Assembly: GCF_001194135.2 (NCBI RefSeq)
Contig: NC_068990.1
Coordinates: forward strand, 60,927,155-60,973,187
Length of the DNA stretch: 46,033 bases
Reading direction: 5' to 3'
Origin: Octopus bimaculoides
Taxonomy: Eukaryota
Every line of letters begins with the position of its first letter. Within the stretch, counting starts at the first letter, position 1. Below, one piece after another: positions 10,801 through 21,298 of this stretch. A program made the position numbers and the translations under genes. Under the pieces are notes generated by a model that was given only the letters and a program-made list of their open reading frames with translations, was not told the origin of the DNA and did not search any database.

Positions 10801-12526
10801 CATATATATGAATGAATATATGAATGAAAGGCATCTCAGTTATAAAATGGTTAAATACATCATTAAAAATCTCATAAAACAGAATAACACATGTATTACA
10901 CCTAACCCCAAATTAGCTGTATGAATGTATTACAAAATGACTAGAAATAATCACCACCTCCCACTACACAGAAATAAACCAGCAAACCAGACAATACACT
11001 TTAGATGGCCCATTTGATACAGAAAAATTCCAATGCATAAATGAAAGTTGTAATCTTTATGACTTAAACTGTTACAATGAACATACAAGTACGATATGTT
11101 CTCACCACCTGATCTCACATTCACAACAGCGAAATATTGGAGCACATTATACTACAAAATACAAAATACAAAATAAAACCAAATAGGCAATCTTTAGTTG
11201 ATAACACAACCATCTTATATAAAATTCTACAAAATAAATTAGGAGATTAACTATTGAAACTTTATTAATAGCAAATAAAAACCAAAAATTAACACACAGA
11301 CACAGAACCTTAGCAATAAAATAAGACCGGTTTCTGATGGCTGAAAGTATCTACACATTCACTGGCAACATTTTAAATCTAGCAATAATATCATTAGTAA
11401 CAGCATCATTTCCACAATACTTGCTGCCCACTATAAATAGACAATAATAAACACAACTAACAACCAACTACTTAATACAGACTAAGATTTAGAAGCTCTA
11501 GAAATATTGATGGACCTGGAAACTTTATTGTTCCAAACTAAAGATAAAGGACATATAAGGAAACAGGAAAATTGTGTTTCCAATATAATGTGTTTAATAC
11601 AAAGGCTTTTCCCTCACATATATAATACACATGTAAATACATGTTTACATATACCACATACATATGCACATACACCACATGCATGCATACATGCATCTGT
11701 ACATACATATGTACATTCATGTCTACATACAGACATATAGAAACACAAATGCAGAAACACACACACACACACACACATATTTACATAACAAATGCATAAG
11801 TACACACACATTTACATTCATATATGTTTGTTCTTTATTTTATTTATTTATTTTTTTTTTTTTTTTTTTTTGTGGCTTGTTTCAGACTGCCTTCAGAGCA
11901 GAATGTTCTATGTCTTTTGTGTTGGTTCTCTCCAAGTAAACATTCTCTGTGTCCAAATACTCTTGACACAGTATGAATACATTTAGTGAAACATGTATCT
12001 ATAAATTTAAGCTCTGCTCAGATCATAGATGTGTTTAGAGCTTTGAACTGTTTTACTGTTTATAGAACATTTAATTGGAGATCCCTATAATGGAGAATAT
12101 GAAATTGGGTGGCATTCAATAAAGTTTTTTATTATCATACGATAGAGTGCTGAAAAGTTTGTGGTTTTGGGTCAGTTAATTTTGATTTTATTCAACATAT
12201 CCCACTTATTACTGTGGTCATTCAATTTTTCTAAGCCCTGTAAAAGAACTCAGAAGGTTTGGCCTCCAGCCAGGCCTTTTGCAATACCTTTAAAGCCAAG
12301 AAGTTTTCAGCCCTGTCATAGATATCTTTGTTTGTCTTAACCTTTTTAGTTTCATTTTAGTGTTGTTTCCATAGCTACTGTGTGTAACCCATTGTATAAC
12401 TATGTTTTGAGGAAGAAAAGAGACTCAGAATAGTATCTTGTCTTATTCCACATATTACCACATTCAGGCCTCTACTAGTCATTATTATTTGAATTTGGAC
12501 TTTCAGGAAATCATTGATCCAAATGC

Positions 12527-13093
12527 TTAGTCCTTTAGCATTTAAACTGGCCATATCTGATCAAAATATTCTGCATCTTTTATGTTCAATTTGGCCAGAT
12601 CCAACATCTCACACCTACCTCACAGTGTCATTCTAAAAATAAGTAATCTTATCATCAAAATCTTGAAACCACAGAATGATGAATGCTTAATTCAAAACAA
12701 TGTAAATAAATAAGCATTACATTTGACAGAAGGGAAGGTGCATGGCTTAGTGGTTAGGCTATTCGGCTCACAATTGTAAGGCTGTGAGTTTGATTCCGGA
12801 TGGCTTATTGTGTCCTTGAGCAAGACACTTTATTTCATGTTGCTTGAGTCCACTCAACTGGCAAAAATGAGTAGTACCTGTATTTCAAAGAGCCAGCCTT
12901 TTCACACTCTGTGTTGTGCCAATTCTCCCTGAGAACTACATTAAGCGTACACATCTTTTGTGAAGTGCTCAGTCACTTGCACATTAATTTCACAAGCAGA
13001 CTGTTCCATTGATCAGGTCAACTGGACTCCTCATCGTCATAAGCAACGGAATGCCAAACATTTGACAGAATAATTGGAATACTTAAGAGTTAA
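12527..13093. mobile_element. piggyBac-like MITE (same family, degenerate ends), interrupted by a SINE at 12732-13057
   Basis: Body homologous to 34723-34950. The SINE is flanked by the 13-bp TSD ACATTTGACAGAA (12719-12731 and 13058-13070). Confidence 0.75.
12732..13057 (+). mobile_element. tRNA-derived SINE, family F
   Basis: A/B boxes (TGGCTTAGTGG, GTTTGATTCC), the same core as family E, a different tail and a 13-bp TSD. Confidence 0.88.
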
Positions 13094-13149
13094 ACCTCTT
13101 GTTATGCTAGCATTTTACTACTTGTAATATAATGTTACCTGATCAAACT

Positions 13150-13560
13150 TGTTAAAGGCTTTGATGAAATCAAAGTATACACAGTTAACCCTTGATATCC
13201 AAATAAGCAAACTCTTCAAAATTTGTTTGTGTTCTTAAATATATATTTGTATAAACAATTTGTTACCTCTTCTGCATGTTTTCTGTTGCAATTTAAACCT
13301 GTAATGGTTTGTCCATACCCCACTGCTACCATGTATATGAATATATGCTATTGGTTCTTTCCATGTTCTTTATAGGCTTCCAGCATCTGCATAATTCTAC
13401 CAGTGTATTTCAGGGGTTTAGCAAGGCTGGCATTACAGAATTTTGGGTGTAGATCTAGAAAGCCACCCAGTCCTGGAACTGGATTTGTATAAGATAGCTT
13501 ATTGATTTGATTATATACGAGTTTGGGAAGTTTATATTGATTTGATTACTGTGAGAGGTA
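13150..13560 (-). mobile_element. Probable CR1-type RT N-terminal remnant
   Basis: Degenerate minus-strand motifs in the expected order: PGLGGF, LAKPL, TWKEP..IH..GS, NHYR. Confidence 0.4.
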
Positions 13561-14085
13561 TTGTTTGGTAGAATATTATAAGATGTTCAATAAGTTACTG
13601 TTTTCTTGGCTACAAGAAGATACTTTCATAGTGTGTGTGTGTGTGGGCATGCACACACACTTATGTACATATGTACGATAAATTCAATGTAGATAGTCTA
13701 CAACTTTTAATGTCTCAATTGTACATTGTAGAAAGTAAACAAATGTGAATACGTTTTGTTCTTCTCTCCAAACACACACACACACAAAAATAATAAGGAA
13801 ATTACTCTGACATGTTTCATGGCTGGCTGGTTGCTTTTAAGAGGAAGACAGCTTCACAGCAATAGGGCATCCAGCTGCAAAAACTATGCCAAAACAGACA
13901 TAGAGGTATGGTACAAGCTCCTGCCTGGCCAGCTCCTGCCAAACTGTCCAACCCATGCCAGCATGGAAAGCAAACGTTAAATAATGATGATGATGTATAT
14001 ATACTTATGAATATATATATACATATACTCAAAGTTTCTCTATAATTCTTATAAACCATGTTATATTCTCTTTTATTTATTATAG

Positions 14086-14272
14086 AAAGATTCCTGGCTT
14101 GATGTTACTAGCCATAATGTTGGAATTCCTGCTCTCGAAATAAAGCGTCCAGATTGTAGTGGTTATTTGTATAAAATGGGCATGAATCGAAAAGTGTGGC
14201 GACGGCGCTATTGTATTTTGAAGGATGCCTGTGTCTACTACTATAAGAATATTGAATCCATTAGTGCCAAAG
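14086..14272 (+). CDS. Exon: linker and N-terminal half of second PH domain (KDSWLDVTSHNVGIPALEIKRPDCSGYLYKMGMNRKVWRRRYCILKDACVYYYKNIESISAKG); possibly PDZPH1-like
   Basis: Acceptor tcttttatttattatag and donor gtaagt. 187 nt open frame with the PH motifs GYLYK and WRRRYCILKD..VYYY. Phase 0 to phase 1. Confidence 0.92.
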
Positions 14273-14891
14273 GTAAGTGTGCATTGCTAATGTTCATTAT
14301 CTTACTTGAACAAATTATTTATTGCTAATAGTCTCAGCTAAACTTCACTGTAGTCTTATCTTTATCACATATTACACTGACTTTTTTAAAATCAAGCTTA
14401 CAACTTGCAGCTCTGCTATGAATAATTCAATTTTCTTTTAGTATACTTTTCCCAAGTTTAGAAATTTTAACTAAAACTTTCTTCATTTCAGGAAACCAGT
14501 ATATATAGTAAAAGTATATTCGATTCTAAAGAATGCAAATTATTTTCTCCTTCTACTCCTTTCTCTCTCACCCAATAAATTGAATATTCACACCTAAAAC
14601 AAATAAATAGTTAATGTTTTATCTAATTCTTAATACTATAGCAACTAATGTTTATGACATAAGCATTCTTATGTACACAAATGTAAGGTTTGTTCAAAAC
14701 AGTGCTTTAAGTTACATTATAGTAGAATAAATTTATTTCTTTTTGAATTTATAAAAAAGAATTTGAATAAAGATCAGCGGTTAATCTACTTTAGCTTTTC
14801 TAAGCCTTGGCTATGACACCATGTTAACATAGTGTTATAGCCAGTTGTATTGTTGACTATTTGCTGACTTTTAATTTCAGTTGTCTTAAAT

Positions 14892-15233
14892 CAGGGGTTC
14901 TCAACCATATTTTATCTATGGACCCCTTTGATTACTATTTTATTCTGGTGGACCCCCTAGTTTTATAGTTGTTTCTTTCAAAATTCCTATTTTGTTTTCC
15001 ACACATTAACTTGCGCTGGTTGAACTGTAAAACGTTAGAGAAAGAAACCTAGCAGTTTCTTGCAATACTAACCAATATACACATCTAAAACAAAATTTTT
15101 TCAGGGGTCCTTACAATACTATCATGAATCCCCAATTTATTATTTTGTTATGTGGACCCCCCACCCCCACCCCCAAAGAAAAAATCCTATATGGACCCCC
15201 AGCAGCGATATGAACCCCAGTTGAGAACCACTG
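14892..15233. mobile_element. hAT-type MITE, 342 bp
   Basis: TIRs CAGGGGTTCTCAAC / GTTGAGAACCACTG, perfect 8-bp TSD TCTTAAAT (14884-14891 and 15234-15241), and repeated subterminal GGACCCC motifs. Confidence 0.9.
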
Positions 15234-16072
15234 TCTTAAATACTATCATGTCTTGTATTGTAGCCTTCAGGAATTGTTAACAGTAGTATTATTATGCTTT
15301 CTGGAAATTTTCTTTTGTCTTCTGACCTCCAAGACAGATGTAGAATATTTTGAAAGTTCTTGCTTGCAGTTTTTTTTTTTTTTTTTTTTGTGTGTTTTAA
15401 AGTACTTGTCTTCCCTTCCAACTTTTGGCTGTAACATGATGAAGAACCTTTCTGAATAGCTAGGTAAATTGACTAAATTCAGAATAAGATATCTTCTCCA
15501 ACTCAAGAAGGCAGCCATGAATTTAATTTCACAGTTTACAAGTTTATGAGAAAATTTCTCTGTGGTTATTTGACCTGCTGGAAATAGCAGTCAAATCTTT
15601 TTTAAACCAAACACTGTCTTCTTAAATAAAGACAGCTTCACTGTTCAATGCAGTTCCTAGTATATGAAAAATCAGGAAGACAATATGGTTCAATGCTTTT
15701 GTCTATGGTCATCTTGTTTCTAAATACTTGAATGGTTGACTATAATTTGAAGCATATGAATCAGCATTTCTCAGTGGACCTTAAAAATATATTCCATGTC
15801 TCAGGAAACCACTTTATAAAGATTGCAGTTTTAATAAACTTTTTTGTTTGCTTTCATAAAGTTAATTTTCTTGGGAGATTAAAAGATTCATAAAAGATGT
15901 CTTTGCACGGTTTTGGCAGTGTTGAACCTATTAAGCACCACAAAGAAGAAATTTCATCTTAAACAAAGTCATGTTTAGACCAAAGTCCTCTATAATTCTT
16001 CTTAAGATCATTTTTCCTACATGTTCACCTTCTAACTTACAAATGCCAGTATTTCCCTACCTTTAGGAATAC

Positions 16073-16381
16073 TGGCACAGCAAGAGTTCCAGTTGATCTA
16101 ATCAATGGAACAGCCTGCTCATGAAATTAACGTGCATGTGGCTGAGCACTCCACAGAAACGTGTATCCTTAATGTAGTTCTCATGGAGATTCAGTATGAC
16201 ACAGTGTGTGACAAGGTTGACCCTTTGAAATACAAGTACTACGCATTTTTGTCAGCTGAGTGGACTGGACCAACATGAAATAAAGTGTCTTGCTCAAAGA
16301 TGCAATGCATCACCAGGTATTGAACTCATGACCTTGCAATCATGAACCGAATACCCTAACCACTAAGCCACATGCCTTCAC
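16073..16381 (-). mobile_element. tRNA-derived SINE, family F
   Basis: Reverse-complement homologue of 12732-13057. Confidence 0.85.
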
Positions 16382-18692
16382 ACTTTTAAGAATGTACTGC
16401 ATATATATATGAAAAGGATGTGTCATAATACCATTCCACAGCCATACCAACAATCCAACATACCTCCTTCATCAGCTGCCCCATGGATATCATTATGGTT
16501 TCGACACCTGGGCAGAACCATTCAATCCAGCGGTGTCAACAACATCAAAATAAGTGTTGTTTGGGAACAAACAAACCAAAGAAACTACAACTTTCAAACA
16601 CATTTACCCTATGTACAACCATATTGATAAATAAATTCAATAAGTAAACTACAACCACTCCTAAATAGGTAACTAAACAGCAACAACTCTATTAAGTCAT
16701 ACAAAAATTATAATCCCTACCATCTTCCGTAGTATAATATAAAAGTAAAAGTTTAGTAACCACATTATATATGTATAAAATTATGAATATAGAATTAAAC
16801 ACAAGATGATTCAAAATGCATACATATATATGTATATGATTTGACTATAAATTCTTATTTCTTTCAGAATTTCTAGCAACCTCTTTGATGAAGCTGTAAG
16901 GTTCTGGGCCCTGGTTGGGAAACACTCATGTAGACTATGTTTCAGATTCTCTAAATCTTCAGGTCTCTATACACCAGAATCTGATTCTCAGTTTCCTCAT
17001 TTTCATATTGAAAATAAAGAGAACCATTTAACAAAACAAAGGACCTTTCAAATAATGCACTACTCTTGCATAATTTATCTGAGATTAAATATTCATACCA
17101 AATAAATGAATCAAATAAACTAGCTCCAACTTGTCTTGATATTTCCTAGTATGCCACAAAAAAAATAAAATTCATATATACATGTATGTAGGTATGTATG
17201 TGTGTGTGTATATGTGTGTGTATTATTTAAATTTAATCTCTTAAAAGTTGATCAATCTCTTTCATGCATCTTACATTCCAGAGTTCATTTGGATTATTTT
17301 TGTTTTAAACGGTTATGTTTTGAGTTAGATTTATGATTTTTTGATATGTATCTTCATATGAAAACATTATTGCATGATGTGATATTTTTGATGTCATGAA
17401 AAATTCACAGAATTAAATTAGAAGTTTCGACTGTTCTAATTTAATTCCATAATTGATGTTGTATTGTATCTCCTTTTATTTTTTTCCCCCCCTCATCTAA
17501 ACCAAAAGGTAGATTTTATGGGAGAAACATTAAGTAAAATGCATTTTGGTAAAATATATTTCAAGCACCCTGTAGTTCATTAAAATTTAAGTGTTTGTAA
17601 ATTGGGAAAGGAAAATGATAACATCCATATTCGTAGATACTGATTGTTATTTGTTTTTTAAAAGATCATGGAAAATCTGTTATAAATTGATTTAAAATCT
17701 TCTGTTGACATTATACTGAAGATGCTATTAAATTTTATTGGTTTAAAATAAATTACATAAAATATTAAAATAGGATACATTTTAACAGCTATATGGGTTA
17801 ATTTTGATTATTAAATAAAGTGGGAAAAGAAGGGAATTTTTGAAAGACATTAAATGATAATATTGATAAAAACTATACAGTTTCATAAATATATATTTAT
17901 GTATTGCTCTCAAAGATGTATAACATGTGATAGAAGCTAGTGTTTTTGTTTTATTTTTTTCTGGAACATGCATCAATTACGAGTTTCCTAGAAAACCATA
18001 TTGATCTATGTGGTTATCAGGTTTGAAATCTACTTTGTCTTTATAAAACTCTATTACATAAATGATCCGCATTAAATAACACCACCCGCTTCATTAAAAT
18101 GTTCAACTTTATATAACTGCCAAGTGTTGAACAGTTAACATTGATGCTCCATTCTTCCTGTATATGTTGTTATATAAACAAAACTTGCTGTGTAAATTTA
18201 ACTTAATTCTTAGTTAACTAGCTCTTTTTTAGATAAAAACAGAACAAAAAAAAGGAAGGAAATTTAATAAATCTTTGCATTCACCCAGTCATGTTGCATA
18301 TGAGTTAAGCATCTCAGTTAAGCAATTAAAGTTCAATTCTATTGATAATTTCTACAGATATGTTTTAATTGAACTGTATCATGTCAATAAATTTGATAAA
18401 TTTAAGGTATTAAATAGAAATATGAAGTTAAATCTTGCATTTCAAGTATAATGTATATTATTGATTTCTGTTTAGTTTGTGGCTTATCACATCCCACAAA
18501 ATAAGATTTCCAATCTTTATCAACTTACACTTTTCCATTCTCTGTTGGTGTGTTACGACAAACTTGATATTATATCTGCTGAAATACCTTCAATACTCAA
18601 GTTCCAATATTTCTAATTAAGAATATTCAAATGACAAATTGAATTACATACTTCACAAGCAGTGTCACACACACGATGTATGCATGCATACA

Positions 18693-18723
<31 letters not shown>

Positions 18724-19034
18724 GTATGTATATACAGTAAAGTATCAACTATATAATACTTCTTGTTTCATTATAAGCTTCAATGAATTTATATAACTGT
18801 TAAAGCTTTTTATTTAACATATTTGTTGCTTTGAAAGCCAAGAATAAAAACTAGAGATCTAGTTTCAAGCAGCTTTGGCAAAATGAACATTTAGTAATAA
18901 AATCCTAAAATTAACGTTTCAATTATGTACCTAAATTTAAGATATGAAACCTTGAAGTAATGATTTAAATTATTACCATATGAAGCGGAGTTTCAATATT
19001 TACCATTCATCTCAGAATTTCAATACCACTAATA

Positions 19035-19302
19035 TCAATGGAATAGTCTGCTCATGGAATCAACGTGCAAGTGGCTGAACGCATGTGCCCTTAATTTTGT
19101 TCTCAGGGAGATTCAGCATGACACAGAATGTGACAAGGTTGGCCCTTTCAATTAAAGGAACTACACATTTTTGCCAGCTGAATGGACTGGAGCAACATGA
19201 AATTAAGTATCTTGCTCAAGGACACAATGCTCCAGTGGGAATTGAACTCATGACCTTATGTTCATGAGCTGAATAGCCTAACCGCTAAGCCATGCATCTT
19301 CA
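19035..19302 (-). mobile_element. tRNA-derived SINE, family F
   Basis: Reverse-complement homologue of 12732-13057, with the 3' end shortened. Confidence 0.8.
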
Positions 19303-19623
19303 CTGTGGAACAATGATAAACTAGACTTAATGGTATTTGAATCAGAATTTAAAAGCCAGCAAACTCTGTGGTTCTCTCGTCTTGATCAGTTTGCTAACAA
19401 TAAACTGTAGCCCAGCTTATAAGCTCTGAAGTGAAATTTTGCAATTCAGTTTTCTTTATTTGCTGGTTAATTTGCTCATTTATTTGCATCTGGTAGTAGG
19501 AAATTTGCTATTGAAGCTGACATGTACATACATATATACATATATATATATACATGCGTACAGATATCTATACATATATACACCCATCACACACAAACAC
19601 ATGCACACAAACACACACATTAG

Positions 19624-19637
19624 AGATCGGAAGAGCG
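19624..19637 (+). other. Illumina adapter remnant (AGATCGGAAGAGCG) at contig end
   Basis: Exact 14-nt match to the Illumina adapter start, immediately before the 19638-20124 N-gap. Confidence 0.95.
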
Positions 19638-20248
19638 NNNNNNNNNNNNNNNNNNNNNNNNNNNNNNNNNNNNNNNNNNNNNNNNNNNNNNNNNNNNNNN
19701 NNNNNNNNNNNNNNNNNNNNNNNNNNNNNNNNNNNNNNNNNNNNNNNNNNNNNNNNNNNNNNNNNNNNNNNNNNNNNNNNNNNNNNNNNNNNNNNNNNNN
19801 NNNNNNNNNNNNNNNNNNNNNNNNNNNNNNNNNNNNNNNNNNNNNNNNNNNNNNNNNNNNNNNNNNNNNNNNNNNNNNNNNNNNNNNNNNNNNNNNNNNN
19901 NNNNNNNNNNNNNNNNNNNNNNNNNNNNNNNNNNNNNNNNNNNNNNNNNNNNNNNNNNNNNNNNNNNNNNNNNNNNNNNNNNNNNNNNNNNNNNNNNNNN
20001 NNNNNNNNNNNNNNNNNNNNNNNNNNNNNNNNNNNNNNNNNNNNNNNNNNNNNNNNNNNNNNNNNNNNNNNNNNNNNNNNNNNNNNNNNNNNNNNNNNNN
20101 NNNNNNNNNNNNNNNNNNNNNNNNTATATATATATGTGTGTGTGTGTATGTATGTATGTACGTATATATATATATATATATATATATAAATTAACAGAAT
20201 GAGATAAAAATCCAAGGCTGTGAAAGATTTCAGAACATTTATAAATAG

Positions 20249-20296
20249 GTCTTACAGCTGTTTCCGGGATATTTTATATATCCCTTCATCGGAGAC
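20249..20296 (-). ncRNA. Minimal type-I hammerhead ribozyme motif (inverted copy)
   Basis: The reverse complement reads GTCT-CCGATGA-A-GGGATAT[ATAAA]ATATCCC-G-GAA-ACAGCTGT-A-AGAC, identical to the + copy except in loop II. Confidence 0.75.
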
Positions 20297-20686
20297 GGTG
20301 TGAGAAAATGGTTAAGCAATAGTTATTCTAGATAGGATATGAAATAGAGAGTGAAGTGAAAGAGGGAAAATAGACATGAGATATGCAGGGATATTGTATC
20401 TTCGGTTCCATTATTTAGGCAGAATGGTATACATATAAGATTTCTGTACCTTGTGATTAAGTTCCAATAGTATTTAGAATGATCAATTTATTTGAATGAC
20501 CAATTTTAAATACTATTGGAACTTAATCACAAGATACAAGAATCTTATATATATACCATTCTGCCTAAATAATGGAACTGAAGATACAATATCCCTGCAT
20601 ATCTCATATCTATTTTCATTCCTCCACTTCCCTCTTTATTTGATATCTTATCTAGAATAACTATTGCTTAACCATCTTCTCACACT

Positions 20687-20736
20687 GTCTCCGATGAAGG
20701 GATATAATAAATATCCCGGAAACAGCTGTAAGACCT
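20687..20736 (+). ncRNA. Minimal type-I hammerhead ribozyme motif (U4C variant)
   Basis: GTCT-CCGATGA-A-GGGATAT[ATAATAA]ATATCCC-G-GAA-AC[AGCT]GT-A-AGAC. Stem I GTCT/AGAC, stem II 7 bp, palindromic stem III ACAGCTGT, GUA cleavage triplet (H17 = 20732). Confidence 0.75.
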
Positions 20737-20946
20737 GTTTATAAATATTCTGAAATCTTTCACAGCCTTGGAATTTTATCTCATTCTGTTAAATTTTTTT
20801 ATATATACGCATGCTGATATATGACCTACGTTGAACCCCTCATTCACATAAACACCGAACCTGGAGCTTAACTATAGTCTGTCCATAGTACTTACTCAGC
20901 ATTACCTGACACCTTTGGGTCTTCTTGACACCATTACCTCTTATAA

Positions 20947-20982
<36 letters not shown>

Positions 20983-21003
20983 ATTATTGTGTCTTTTAAT
21001 CAG

Positions 21004-21139
21004 GTGTTGCTCACTTTCATGGCTATGAGGTAGATGACAGTGCTCTGCCAGAGAAGAAATATGGTTTTGTTGTCAATCCTCCTGAGAAGTCATTGCGAAC
21101 ATTTTACTTCAATGCTGAAAATGAAACCGATAAGAAAAG
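21004..21139 (+). CDS. Exon: C-terminal half of second PH domain ((G)VAHFHGYEVDDSALPEKKYGFVVNPPEKSLRTFYFNAENETDKK(R))
   Basis: Acceptor gtcttttaatcag and donor gtgagt. 136 nt, phase 1 to phase 2, in frame with the previous exon. Contains the PH beta5-7 pattern (YGF.V.PP...RTFYF.AE). Confidence 0.92.
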
Positions 21140-21244
21140 GTGAGTGATTATGCAGTTTGTAAAAGGAATCAAACAAAATGAAAAAATATTGATTTCTTAC
21201 TAGTTTATTTTCTCTTATGATACCTGTGATACAATTTGATACAG

Positions 21245-21245
21245 C

Positions 21246-21298
<53 letters not shown>
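21245..21298. repeat. (TTA)n microsatellite just downstream of exon 21004-21139
   Basis: Direct reading. Confidence 0.95.

Larger units (their letters stand above)
20188..20795. mobile_element. Head-to-head inverted pair of Penelope-like-element 3' terminal (pLTR) fragments in (TA)n
   Basis: Arms 20188-20476 and 20507-20795 are reverse complements at ~92-93% (manual count) with a 30-nt spacer. Each arm carries a hammerhead motif. The left end abuts a (TA)n run and the right end a short TA run. Confidence 0.75.

Noticed and set aside
16461-16510. CTGATGA and GAAAC on the minus strand as a possible type-II hammerhead
   Set aside because: Stem III lacks the required A15.1-U16.1 pair, and no stem I or II can be formed.
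16868-16895. 28-nt segment with good acceptor (tttctttcag) and donor (gtaagg)
   Set aside because: Its length would frameshift the otherwise seamless 14272-21004 junction, and there is no evidence of use.
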